Part shown: in pieces, positions 25,277-37,388 of the stretch
Numbering within the stretch: the stretch's first letter is position 1
Layout: the number at the start of each line of letters is the position of its first letter
Source of the DNA: Octopus sinensis
Lineage: Eukaryota
Direction of reading: 5' to 3'
NCBI RefSeq assembly: GCF_006345805.1
Contig: NC_043001.1
Coordinates: forward strand, 24,428,001 to 24,492,000
DNA length: 64,000 nucleotides
The notes under the pieces: generated by a model
Told to the model about the DNA's origin: nothing
Database searches by the model: none
The model's input: only the letters and a program-made list of their open reading frames with translations
Program-made: the position numbers and the translations under genes

Positions 25277-25380
25277 AACACACACACACACACACACAGT
25301 AAGAATGGTGCTAAAAAGAAAAGGCTAGAGTTGAAGCATTTCCATAACATCTGAATTCAAACCAGAATTAATTGCTTTTA
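22985..25380 (+). repeat. Diverged local duplication (about 22985-23520 vs 24820-25380)
   Basis: Colinear shared blocks: tttcatataagg.ggaaagtatct, gacagcctgtt.ctgtatcatgt, a (CA)n tract, gaattcaaac.agaa. Confidence 0.75.
24310..24768 (+). mobile_element. RTE 3'-UTR fragment
   Basis: Modular UTR plus (GAT)n. Confidence 0.85.
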
Positions 25381-26152
25381 CCTTGTTAAGAAAAGAAAAT
25401 AAATTTGGCAAAAATCAAATTTATTTTTATCACAAAATCTTCATTTGAGACTAATGTGAGACTAAGTCATTGTTTTGCTCTTTCTTCCTTTTCCTTTTAT
25501 TCTTCCTCTTTCTTCCTAATTTGGGTTGAAGGTAATTCCTTGATTGATATAATATAATTAATTCATTATCTGTTGTTCTATTATTTTATGCTAATGATGT
25601 ACGATATCTAGAAATAGTCAGTCTATAAAGGACAAGTAGGTCATATCAAATAATTAATGTACAAACAATGTAATATTTTGAGTTACTTGTTTATAAAGAT
25701 AAACATAAAGAAATGAAGAAACAGAATAATTATTCGATGCTTTCTTCATTACATGAAAATTGGATGAATCAATTGTCAAACTACTAATTAAGAGAAACTT
25801 TAAATGTACTTTTACCAAATTGTAACAAACAAGTAGAGATTGATCATTCACTTTTATCTCATCACAGATGAGAATTAAAATATAAATAGCGGAATGATTA
25901 ATTTTATGAAATCGTGCATTGAAATTTGAAAGACTGGAGAGTAATATGATGCATAACAAAGTATTATTTGTCACTTAACGAGGGGGTTGGAGTGGCACCT
26001 ATCGTCAGCTATGCACACTGAGAGAAATAGAGTTATATTCCTTGACCCAGGTCACAACATATTGAATGTTACAAGATTTTAAATTTCTAACAATGTAATT
26101 AGTAGAACAGAATTTTAACTAGACTGCTATTTTATTTCTGCATAACCATAAG

Positions 26153-26528
26153 TTTAGGAGTGGCTGTGTGGTAAGTAGCATGCTTACGAACCATATGGTT
26201 CTGGGTTCAGTCCCACTATGTGGCACCTTGGGCAAGTGTCTTCTACTATAGCCTCAGGCCGACCAAAGCATTGTGAGTGGATTTGGTAGATGGAAACTGA
26301 AAGAAGCTCGTCATATATATGTATATATGTATGTGTGTTTGTGTGTCTGTATTTGTCCCCCAACATCGCTTGACAACCGATGTTTGTGTGTTTACATCCC
26401 CGTAACTTAGCGATTCGGCAAAAGAAACTGATAGAATAAGTACCTGGGGTCGATTTGCTCGATCAACTAAAGGTGGTGCTCCAGCATGACTGCAGTCAAA
26501 TGACTGAAACGAGTAAAAGAGTAAAAGT
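26153..26528 (+). mobile_element. SINE family A
   Basis: Full-length. Confidence 0.9.
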
Positions 26529-26737
26529 GTAACCAGCTCGTTTTAATGAAATATTTGTTACAAAGGAGAACACAGATCAACTTATGGAGTTAATTGTCTA
26601 TTTACAAAACAATGCAGACAAAGAAAGCTAGCTCATCAGATCACCAGTGCATCAACTTTTGAATTATATTGTACAATGCATAGCATACATATCAGTACAG
26701 ACATGTAAACATACTTTATTATACCCTGAAATTATTA

Positions 26738-27762
26738 CAGTAATCCCTCGACTATCACTGGTGTTATGTTCCAAGACCTCCCACAGAAATAATCAAAATC
26801 TAAAAAAATATAAATAATATAAATACCTATTGGCCACAGAAACCCACAATATATTGAAAAATCTGTAATATAAATTTACATATGTTAGCCAGAAAAATCC
26901 GTGATGTACTGAGTACACGATAGGTGAACTGCAATGTACTGAGTGCATGATAGGTGAACCATGGTGTACTGAGTGCATGATAGGTGAACCATGGTGTACT
27001 GAGTACATGATAGGTGAACCATGGTGTACTGAGTACACGATAGGTAAACCATGATGTACTGAGTACATGATAGGTGAACCACAATGTACTGTGTGCATGA
27101 AAGGTGAACCATGGTGTACTAGTACATGATAGATGAACCGCAATGTACTGAGTACACGATAGGTGAACCATGATGTACTGAGTACATGATAGGTGAACTG
27201 CAATGTACTGGGTGCATGAAAGGTGAACCATGGTGTACTAGTACATGATAGGTGAACCGCAATGTACTGAGTGCATGATAGGTGAACCATGGTATATTGA
27301 GTGCATGATAGGTGAATCATGGTATACTGAGTACATGATAGGTGAACCATGGTGTACTGAGTGCATGATAGGTGAACCATGGTGTACTGAGTGCATGATA
27401 GGTGAACCATGGTGTACTGAGTGCATGATAAGTGAATCATGGTATACTGAGTACATGATAGGTGAACCGCAATGTACTGAGTGCATGAAAGGTGAACCAT
27501 GGTGTACTGAGTACACGATAGGTGAACCGCAATGTACTGAGTGCATGAAAGGTGAACCATGGTGTACTGAGTACATGATAGGTGAACCGCAATGTACTGA
27601 GTACACATTAGGTGAACCGTGATGTACTGAGTACACGATAGGTGAACCGTGATGTACTGAGTGCAAGATAGGTGAACCATGCTGTACTGAGTGCATGAGA
27701 AGTGAAACGTGATGTACTGAGTGCACAATAGGTAAACCGCTATATATAGCATGAGATTATTG
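26738..27762. mobile_element. Tc1/pogo (Tigger-type) MITE containing a minisatellite
   Basis: TA|CAGTAATCCCTCGACTAT ... atatagcatgagattattg|TA: degenerate TIR with TA duplication. Confidence 0.65.
26899..27740. repeat. 30-bp minisatellite, about 28 units
   Basis: Unit (g)gtgtactgagt(a/g)catgataggtgaaccat with variants; two 29-bp units 119 bp apart. Confidence 0.97.
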
Positions 27763-28332
27763 TATTACATGATGAAGGCTGCTAAACAACTGTAATCCCA
27801 AGGATAACAAGTTATCGAATCAATGTATTCTCCTCTCATACCTCCTGACATTTTGTGGTTTCATTGCCAATCTCTAACTGTGGAGGGAACCTGTGGAGGG
27901 AACCTGTGGAAAAGGTAGACCCAGAAATGCACAGGATGAGGCAGTGAAGCATGTTGTACGAATCTAGGGTCACACAGAGGTAATGACAAGTGATCGAGAC
28001 TTTTGGTGATTTTCTGTGCTTGAGAAGAGTTGTCAAGCCAAGTGAAATCATAATCATGGTCAGTGTTGGTGAGACATAGAAGGCATCCGGGCCAGTGACA
28101 TGTAAAAGGTACCCACTACATTCTTGAAGTGGTTGGCATTAGGAAGGGCCTCCAGCCGCAGAAAACATGTCAAATCAGACTGCAACCTGGTACAAGCTCT
28201 CCAACTTACCAGTTCCAGTCAAGCCATTTGACCCATACCAGCATAGAAAGTGGGCACTAAATGATGATGACAATGATGATGATAATATGTGTGTGTGTAT
28301 GTGTAATAAATATATTTACAAAACATTCAAGC

Positions 28333-28545
28333 GAGGTCGTTGCCAGTACTGCCAGACTGGCCCTCATGTCGGTAGAACGTAAAAGCACCCACTACACTCT
28401 CGGAGTGGTTGGCATTAGGAAGGGCATCCAGCTGTAGAAACTCTGCTAGATCAGATTGGAGCCTGGCACAGCCATCTGGTTCACCAGCACTCAGTCAAAT
28501 CATCCAACCCATGCTAGCATGGAAAGCGGACATTAAATGATGGTG
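28333..28545 (+). mobile_element. RTE 3'-UTR fragment
   Basis: Terminal UTR; a more decayed copy lies at 28075-28285. Confidence 0.8.
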
Positions 28546-28607
<62 letters not shown>

Positions 28608-28619
28608 TTAGATATTTAG

Positions 28620-28770
28620 ACAGACAGATAGATAAACAGACAGACAGACAGATAGATAGATAGATAGATAGATATATTGATAGATAGATATATTGATAAA
28701 TAGGTAGATATATTGATGGATGGATGGATGGATGGATGGACGGACGGACGGACGGACGAACGGACGGACC
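28620..28770. repeat. Compound tetranucleotide microsatellite (GACA/GATA/GATG/GACG)
   Basis: Direct inspection. Confidence 0.95.
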
Positions 28771-29271
28771 GTATTGAACTATGCAACCCAGTAAGAGTTA
28801 CATAAATGATGCACTTGTGCATGTTTTCCATCAGCCAAAATCCACTCACAAGATATTGGCCAATTTGAGGCCATAGCAAAAAATACTTGTCTCAGGTGAT
28901 GTGCAATGGAATAGAATGGAGGAACTTCATTCCAAAACAAAAGTATGAGTCAGCACAGAATGGAAGGAAGTTTGTTGGAGTAGTTCTGTTGCTTGCAATG
29001 GATTAGATTTGGAAAGCTGTTGCTGCAGTCATGTGGTAGTTACTAGTTGAAGACAGGATATTGACTAATTGGCTGTTTTATTACTGCAGCTTGGCTGGAT
29101 GATTGATTGTTGGTTTGTTAGTGGGTCTGACCGGAGCTGGATGTTTTGTTACTAAACTTTTGTTACAGGATACATCATCGTCACCCCCACCACCATCATC
29201 ATCATCATCATCATCATCATCATTATTATTTAACGTCCTGCTCCCAGGCTGGCATGGATTGAATGGTTTGG

Positions 29272-29672
29272 TAGAATCGTTAGCACGCCGGGCGAAATGC
29301 TTAGCCTTATTTCGTCTGCCGCTACGTTCTGAGTTCAAATTCCGCCAAGGTCTACTTTGCCTTTCATCCTTTCGAGGTTGATCAAATAAGTACCAGTTAT
29401 GCACTGATGTCGATGTAAGCGACTTAACCCGTGTGTCTGTCCTTGTTTGCCCCCTCTGTGTTTAGCCCCTTGTGGGCAGTAAAGAAATAGGTATTTCGTC
29501 TGCAGCTATGTTCTGAGTTCAAATTCTGCCAAGGTCGACTTTGCTTTCATCCTTTCGGGGTCAATGAATTAAGGACCAGTTACGCACTGGGGTCAATGTA
29601 ATCGACTTGGTCCCTTTGTCTGTCCTTGTTTGTCCTCTCTGTGTTTAGCCCCTTGTAGGTAATAAAGAAATA
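29272..29672 (+). mobile_element. SINE family B dimer
   Basis: Two units joined at gaaataggtatttcgtc. Confidence 0.85.
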
Positions 29673-29741
29673 GGTTTGGCAGGATCTGATAAATATGAAG
29701 ACTCCATCATACTGCAGGGCTGGCTTCATCATGGTTTTTAA

Positions 29742-30432
29742 CCCTTTTGTTACTGTATTTATTTTGAGATGCTCTGTGTTTCTTTCAATCACTTTAAATA
29801 TAACAAAGAATTTAGTAAAATAACTTAGTTATCATTTAGCTAATGTTAGGAACATAAATTGTGACTAAGGTTCGGTGGAAGATTTTAATTCAAAACTTAT
29901 ATAATATAATATAATGAAATTATTGTATGCAGTGCTCAGGTGCACCTCAACTTGTCAAAAGTGTCTATAAAGCATATGCAGTAATGTACAAATTTCTGGA
30001 AAATGAACAGTGTATGAGTCAGATACACGCTTGTGTATGTATGGCGGGGAGAAAATCAGGTGTAGTGTTGGCGAATCTCAGGAAGCATGGAAGTTTTGAA
30101 GGATGCAGTGCCCCAGCAACTAACAACTGATGGCGGCAGTTTGTTCCATGCTTCAGCAACTCTTAGCGTGAAAAAATGTTTCTGAAAGTCATGGGAGCTG
30201 TACTGTTTTCTGACTTTGTAAACATGTCCATGGGTGTTAGACAGGTGGAGTTTGAAAAGATGCTCAGAGTTATTGTTTGTAAGATGGTTAATAATTTGAT
30301 GGGTGTCTGCCAAGTCAGCTGCCAGACGTCGGAGTTTCAATGTATCCATTCCCAGGGAAGTAAGGTGTTCAGAAAACAAGACATTTGTACCTAGAGCCAG
30401 AGCCAGTTTCAGCCGGGTTGGTAACGAAAGGG
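29742..30432. mobile_element. piggyBac-type MITE split by a CR1 insertion
   Basis: TTAA|CCCTTTTGTTAC ... GTAACGAAAGGG|TTAA. The two halves match the intact copy at 41814-42032 in reverse orientation. Confidence 0.85.
29901..30371 (-). mobile_element. CR1-type LINE 3' fragment
   Basis: NTHGHVYKVRK...KHFFTLRVAEAWNKLP is a typical CR1 ORF2 C-terminus; AT-rich tail. Confidence 0.85.
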
Positions 30433-30871
30433 TTAAGGCATACCCACAAATGAATATCATCCTTTAGATCAGCTAATTTTCAGTTTTGAGTTTTAAAGTC
30501 TATTTCCTCTGTATGTCCTAATATCTTTTTCTTTATAAATTTCTTAGATGACCAATTTTCATCAGCTACACTCAGACCAATTAAAATTTGTTGGTTGTTG
30601 TTTTTGTTGTTTCAACTCTAAATACATGTTTGAACAGGGTTGAACAGCAAATCATGTTTATAATTATAAACAAAGCAAACTAGTTTTGGTGTTGTTATTG
30701 TTGCTGCTGTTGAGGTTTATCACCAAGTCAGCCTTGACCAAGCAGATATATGATCAAAGGCATTTCAACTGTGACTTCTCTCATGCGAGTCAACATTTTA
30801 ATATACATATATATACGTACATATGCACACATACACACAACCATATATGTATACATATGTGTATATATATA

Positions 30872-30902
<31 letters not shown>

Positions 30903-30912
30903 GGATATATAT

Positions 30913-30960
<48 letters not shown>

Positions 30961-31431
30961 ATATATATTTTCATGCATATCTGTGTGCGTAAGTTTGTAT
31001 ATATACACTCACATATATGTATATGCATACATACATTTGTTCATATATATATACACACACACACACACTTACACATATATACACTTAATATCAGTATTGA
31101 CTGTTTCCTTTGAAGTTATACAATTAAAATGTCTTTTCAAAGCATACAATCATTATCATCATCGTCGTCATCATTTTATGGTCCACTTTTCCATGCTTCC
31201 ATTGGTCAGACAGAATGCATTAAGACAGGTTTACTACAGTCAGATGGCCTCCTTGTCACCAGCCTTCACCTATCTCCAAACAAGGTAATATTTCCCCTTG
31301 GTTGGGTGTGTTTTCATGGAAGGCTGGAAATGAGGACTCTACTTGTATGACAGAGACATCCATTCTATAACTTTTACACAATGCCAAGACAAACATGCAT
31401 ATACATTTATATTCACATACATACATATATT

Positions 31432-31825
31432 ATGGCTGCCCCCTCGTTATCGAGTATGGCCATTGCACGAAGCTTAACTGTTACTGGTGCTGTGATCGAA
31501 TGTGACTTTTTAGCCCAGCTAAAGATCTACAATGTCTTGTACAGAATTGGCAACTAAAACCTTTGTACAGAATTGGCAACTAAAACCTTTGCATGTCGTT
31601 TAAGTCCTCCTGCCGAATTACACTCTCTTCCACATGCCCAACAGATATGATTAGTATGGTGTGTTACACCACCACCAGTGGTCAGGTTGTCACTCATCTG
31701 TCTTGCTTTATGATTACGAAGATGACTCTTGAGTCCAGCTTTACTGAGGCAGGGTCTTGCACAGACACAGCATGTCAGCATCATAGGAAGACCCTTCCCA
31801 TCTGGAAGTGTAACAGTGATCCCCT
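31432..31825 (-). mobile_element. 3' fragment of a second RTE-like LINE with C-terminal C2H2 fingers
   Basis: CCVCARPCLSKAGLKSHLRNH and CWACGRECNSAGGLKRHAK, then a short 3' UTR ending ctcgataacgaggggcagcc. A 26-bp tandem duplication (31537-31588) breaks the second finger. Confidence 0.65.
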
Positions 31826-31926
31826 TCCATACATACATACATGCATACATACACTACGAGCTTCTTTCATTTGTTTTTTCTTCTAAATCAACTCACGAGG
31901 TTTTGATTAGCCAAATGCTGTATAGT

Positions 31927-32181
31927 GTGGAGGCGCGTGGCTTAGTGGTTAGGGTGTTGAACTCATGATCATAAGGTTGGGGTTTCGATTCCTGGACCGG
32001 GTGATGCATTGTGTTCTTGAGCAAAACACTTCATTTCACATTGCTCCAGTCCACTCAGCTGGCAAAAATGAGTAACGCTGTGATGGACTGGCGTCCCATC
32101 CAGTTGGGGAACACATACGCCATTGAAACTGGGAAACTGGGCCCATGAGCCTGGCTAGGCTTTAAAAGGGTGCAAAAAAAA
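31927..32181 (+). mobile_element. tRNA-headed SINE family E with a 14-bp TSD
   Basis: TSD aaatgctgtatagt (31913-31926 / 32182-32195) and A-tail. Inserted in a decayed family-A-like copy. Confidence 0.9.
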
Positions 32182-33251
32182 AAATGCTGTATAGTAAAAG
32201 ACATTTGCTGAAGGTGCCATACAGTGGGACTGAACACTAAAACCCGTGAGTATGAGGCAAATTTCTTAACCACACAGCCACACACCCTATGCCAACATTG
32301 CAGCAGGTTTAAGATGTGCACCCCTTGGCTGGGTGTATTTTCAGGATTAGCCTCATTGATATTACCAATGATTCCTTATTTTCTGTGATATTGACAAGGG
32401 AACAAGATGATATGAAAGAAAATAGAGAAGAAATCAAAAAGGTTACAGAATTATGAGCATTTCTATGGCATAGACTGATGCAAAATATATCTAAGCTGTT
32501 GATGATAAAACAATATTTACTTGTGTATGATTTTTATCGAAAATTTTCTGAATGAAAACTCATTTTTAAATTCAAAGGCTAAAATATTGGTAGCAGAATG
32601 AAGAATTTCCTCTATCTTTAAGAGCCATCTAAAGATATCAGTTTGTTTAGTGCTAAATGTTTATAAACACTTTCCTTTGAAAAAATTTTCTATCATCTAT
32701 TTTCATAGCTGCAGAGTTTCTATTCACCATTCCTTTTTATCTGTATTTAACATTAAATATCATTTTCAAAATATTCACGTATAAATTTGTGAATGATATT
32801 TGTTAACTTTTTTTCTGATGTTGTTGATATATATTTATTATATATTTCACACTTATCACCACAAGCTGAAAAAATTCTGTTGCTTTTTCTGATATACCAT
32901 TGAAATGAAGAATAATAAGATATGGCTACTAATTTATAAGGTTGAAGATTTATCCTACAACCACCTCCAAACGTTTCTTATTGCATTCTAATCAGTTGTA
33001 TACTGTTGCAATTTATAAAGAAACTTTGTGAAGGTCAAGGTGGTGCTCCAGCATGGCTGCACTCAAATGACTGAAACAAGTTAAAGACAAAAGATACAAA
33101 ATTTAAAATTCTTTCTATGAAATTGTATTCAGTTATGGCACCTTGGGAAAGTGTCTTCTACTGTAGAATGGGTTAATAATGCCTTGTGAGTGAATTTGGT
33201 AGATAGAAACTGTGTTGAAGCCCAATGTAAATATATATACATATGCATGTA

Positions 33252-33285
<34 letters not shown>

Positions 33286-33654
33286 GTCACAGGAGTGGCT
33301 GTGTGGTAAGTAGCCTGCTTACCAACCACATGATTCCAGGTTCAGTCCCACTGCGTGGCACCTTGTATAAGTGTTTCCTACTATAGCCACAGGCCGACCA
33401 AAACCTTGGTAGACAGAAACTGAAAGAAGCCCATCATATATGTGTGTGTGTGTGTGTGTGTGTATGTGTGTGTGTGTATGTTTGTATGTCTGTGTTTGTC
33501 CCTCCATCATCGCTTGACAACTGATGCTGGTGTGTTTACATCACCAAAAGAGACCAATAGAATAAGTACTAGGCTTACAAAGAATAAAATCCTGGGGTTG
33601 ATTTGCTTGACTAAAGGCGGTACTCCAGCATGGCCATAGTCAAATGACTGAAAC
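33286..33654 (+). mobile_element. SINE family A
   Basis: Near full-length. Confidence 0.9.
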
Positions 33655-34022
33655 ATCAGTTACGTCAACCCCACAAATTTAGAAGGGCCTATATAGTTAG
33701 AAACACTGCCTACTCCCTTAGATTAGACAATCTAAAAAAATGGATCAGCAAAACATTATTTATTGTATAGTTATTTAGAAAGACTCACTTTACCTTCAGT
33801 GTTCATAAAATAAATACCAGTGATATTCTGATTTTAGTTTACAACAATAACCCTGCTTTTGATCTTAAACATAAATCATATATATTATCAATGAAACTAG
33901 AATGATCAAAAGAAACTAAAGATGGCCTGCATCAACAACTGCAAACACCTATGCAATAAGAAAGGAATACTAATAGTTTTGACAGGGTACATCTTTGGAA
34001 GAGAAATAAGGAAACTATTTCA

Positions 34023-34250
34023 CATACTTCTATTGTGTCTGGGGAGAGTCATTTTCTTTTTGTGCCTTATTATGTAACACACTCACCGGTAAACTTTCCA
34101 TGTTTTTCTTATTTTTATTGAAAAGGTTGCAAGACGCAACAAAAATTTTAGGACAATAAAAATAAGAAAAACGTGGAAATTTTACCAGTGAGTGTGTTAC
34201 ATAATAAGGCACAAAAAGAAAATGATTCTCCCCAGACACAGTAGAATATG
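34023..34250. repeat. Fold-back inverted repeat, arms about 100 bp
   Basis: catacttctattgtgtctggggagagtc...ttattg pairs with caataa...gattctccccagacacagtagaatatg, with a few mismatches. Confidence 0.9.
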
Positions 34251-34927
34251 CTTCAACACACGAACTCATGTAAAGAATCGTGCAAACCAAATCCAAAAAC
34301 GAAATATTTCACATAAGAGATACTCTTTGAGGACGAAATATGTGGAAGTTTAGCTCTTTACCTTCTCCCATTACACCTATGTATTTGCATGCATATAAAT
34401 GCATTGTTTTGTCTGTGGCCGTAAATATATTTTGCTAGGCTGGTTTTTATCTTTATCTTCTTCCTTTCTCTCTTCTTTCTGTTTCTTCTATTCTTTCTTC
34501 CTTTCTTCTTATGTTCTAGAAATTATCCTTCATTTTCTTTCCCTCGCCCTTGATTTCATTCTGACTCCTCCCCACCTTTAACCTTTATTTTTGCTAACCC
34601 CACTATATGAACAATATTTGCCAATATTGTGTTGATGCAGGGAACCAAACTTATAATATCTTCATGTGACTGGCCACTGGTTACATACCCATAACGTTTT
34701 TCACATTTCATCCACAAATTATGATTATTACGATTATCATATAACTCCCGGCTTCCTGAAACAGCTGCTGAGTTAAGAAATTACATATTTTCTTCATATT
34801 TTATTCTGTATTTTTTGTGCTCCATGTATATATATCAGGAAGCCTAGCTGTGTTTAACTCTGGTACTACTTCCATATCAGCTCAGTTTGGATTTCTCTTA
34901 CAGCCATTCTTGATGGTACAAGCCTTG

Positions 34928-35188
34928 CCCTTATTCTATCTAAGTTATGGTGACGTAAACACACCAGCATCGGTTGTCAAGTGATGTTGGAGGGACAAAC
35001 ACAGGCACACAAACACACACACACACATACACACACGATGGGCTTCTTCCAGTTTCCGTCTACCAAATCCACTCACAAACCCGAGGCTATAGTAGAAGAC
35101 ACTTGCCCAAGGTGCTATGTAGTGGGACTGAACCCAGAGCCATGTGGTTGGTAAGCAAGCTGCTTACCACACAGCCACTCCTATGCCT
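34928..35188 (-). mobile_element. SINE family A
   Basis: Reverse complement, tail missing. Confidence 0.85.
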
Positions 35189-35793
35189 CTGTACAAATTC
35201 TATCTAGACTTGCTTATGAAAGTATCGTATTTTAAATATTATCAGTAAACATATATCCAGTGACAGAGAGAGATCAATTGTAGGAAATTAGGATATGCCA
35301 AATGAAAATTAGAATGGATAAAATAAAAAAACTATTTCACCACCCCCTTATTTGTGTAAAACATGCAAAATTAGCTGTCAATATTAATTAGGATGATGTG
35401 AAACAAACAGAAAAAAACATGCAAATAAAAGATATTAATTAGTGTTGTCAAAAATATAAAACAGATAAAAGTCAAAATCTCCTTAAAGGCAAATCTAAAA
35501 TTGTCCACAATTAACTTCATCTCATATAAAATGTCCATAGTTTGCTTCATCAAATATAAACAAATCAGTTATGCGTGTGAATGAAGAAATGATTACCTTA
35601 TCATTTTAATTAAAATGACACGCAATGTTATTTTTTTCACTTATAGTGGAATTACATGTGAAAAATATAAAAATCGTAGGAAAAATGAGCTTTTTAGGAT
35701 TATGGAAAAACTAATTGATACATTCTTTTAATGAGAAGTTACTTGGTTTAAACTTTCAAATGTTAAAGTAACTTATTTGATATTCAAAGACAG

Positions 35794-36094
35794 CCGGTGG
35801 CACGTAAGCAAACCATCCGAATGTGGCCATTCCCAGCGTCACCCCGACGGGCCTCCATGCTGGTGGCACATAAAGAGCACCATCTGACCGTGGCCGTTTG
35901 CCAGCCCCGTCTGGCACCTGTGCCAGTGGCATGTAAAAAGCACCTACTACACTCTTGGAGTGGTTGGTGTTAGGAAGGGCATCCAGCCATAGAAACATTG
36001 CCCGATCAGACTGGGCCTGGTGCAGCCTTCTGGCTTCCCAGACCCCAGTTGAACTGTCCAACCCATGGAAAGCGGATGCTAAATGATGATGATG
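35794..36094 (+). mobile_element. RTE 3'-UTR fragment
   Basis: Terminal UTR plus (GAT)n. Confidence 0.85.
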
Positions 36095-36289
36095 AATTCT
36101 TCACAAAAAGTTACTTGTTATGCCGAGGTATAAATATTGTATAGATTTCATTAATGCTTGACAAGCACACAGTATTTTGTTTTGCAATAATAATATATAT
36201 TTTAAGTACATTATAGGTTTATAGGTTAATACTATATTTCACTTTGTGTTAGCAGTGCAATATTTTCACTTTGAAGTTTATCTTTTATG

Positions 36290-36905
36290 TTTTACTTGGT
36301 TCAGTCATTAGACTGCAACCATGCTGGGGCACTGGCTTGAGGAATTTCTACTCAAATGAATCAACCCCCAGAACTTCTTTCTTTTTAAGCCTGTTACTTA
36401 TTCTAGCATTCTGAGTGGTTTGGCTAAGTTATGAGGACATAAACACACCAACACTGGTTGTCAAATGATCATGGGAGACAAACTTAGAGACAAGCACACA
36501 CACATATATATATATATATACAATGGGCTTCTTTCAGTTTCCTATTTCTTTACTACCCACAAGGGGCTAAACACAGAGGGGACAAACAAGGACAGGCAAA
36601 TGGATTAAGTCGATTATATCGACCCCAGTGCATAACTGGTACTTATTTAATCGACACCAAAAGGATGAAAGGCAAAGTCGACCTCAGCAGAATTTGAACT
36701 CAGAACATAACAGCAGACGAGATACCGCTAAGCGTTTCACCCGGCATGCTAACATTTCTGCCAGCTCGCCGCCCTTGTTTCAGTTTCCATCAACCAAATC
36801 CACACTCAAGACTTTGGTCATCCTGAGGCTATAGTAGAAGACATTTTCCCAAGGTGCCACATGCAATGGTACTGAGTCTGGTTGGGAAGCAAACTTCCTG
36901 TGCCT
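36290..36905 (-). mobile_element. SINE A interrupted by SINE B (36541-36776)
   Basis: The A sequence stops at ttcagtttcc and resumes with ttcagtttcc after the B copy. Confidence 0.8.
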
Positions 36906-37179
36906 GTATAGATTTTTTTACGCAATTCAAATCCAACACTTTACAGATAAACTTTAAAATTTGTATAGATTAGTTGAATTGACCCTCCAAAAATAGCACC
37001 AAAGTTCTGAGACAGGGATGTACTCAAGCCATCACATCAAGATATTTGTAAATCTAGGTTACACTACAAATTTAACAATTATGAGCAGCTGTAAAAATGT
37101 CTACAGTATAGTGTTTTTCTCTAAAATAATAGTAAAGATGAAATGTATTTGGAGAATAAAATATTGGACTAAGAGCCCT

Positions 37180-37343
37180 CATGCCGGTGGCACGTAAAAG
37201 CATCCACTACACTCTCAGAGTGGTTGGCGTTAGGAAGGGCAGCCAGCTGTAGAAACTCTGCCAGATCAGTTTGGAGTCTGGTGCAGCCATCTGGTTCACC
37301 AGACCTCAGTGAACTCGATGATGATGATGATGATGATGATGAT

Positions 37344-37388
<45 letters not shown>
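37180..37388 (+). mobile_element. RTE 3'-UTR fragment with (GAT)n(TAG)n tail
   Basis: Direct similarity. Confidence 0.75.

Noticed and set aside
26899-27740. CRISPR-like array
   Set aside because: Units are contiguous with no unique spacers, there are no cas genes, and the context is eukaryotic.
26793-27752. 319-aa Cys/His-rich ORF as a metal-binding repeat protein
   Set aside because: It is the 30-bp minisatellite. The peptide changes register at the 1-bp deletions, and all three minus frames are open because the unit lacks stop triplets.
30686-31288. 200-aa ORF and the many [16 protein letters not shown] ORFs
   Set aside because: Translations of (TA)n, (CA)n and (TATG)n microsatellites.
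31554-31850. Host C2H2 zinc-finger gene
   Set aside because: Only two fingers without TGEKP linkers, followed by an RTE-type 3' end; best explained as a LINE C-terminus.
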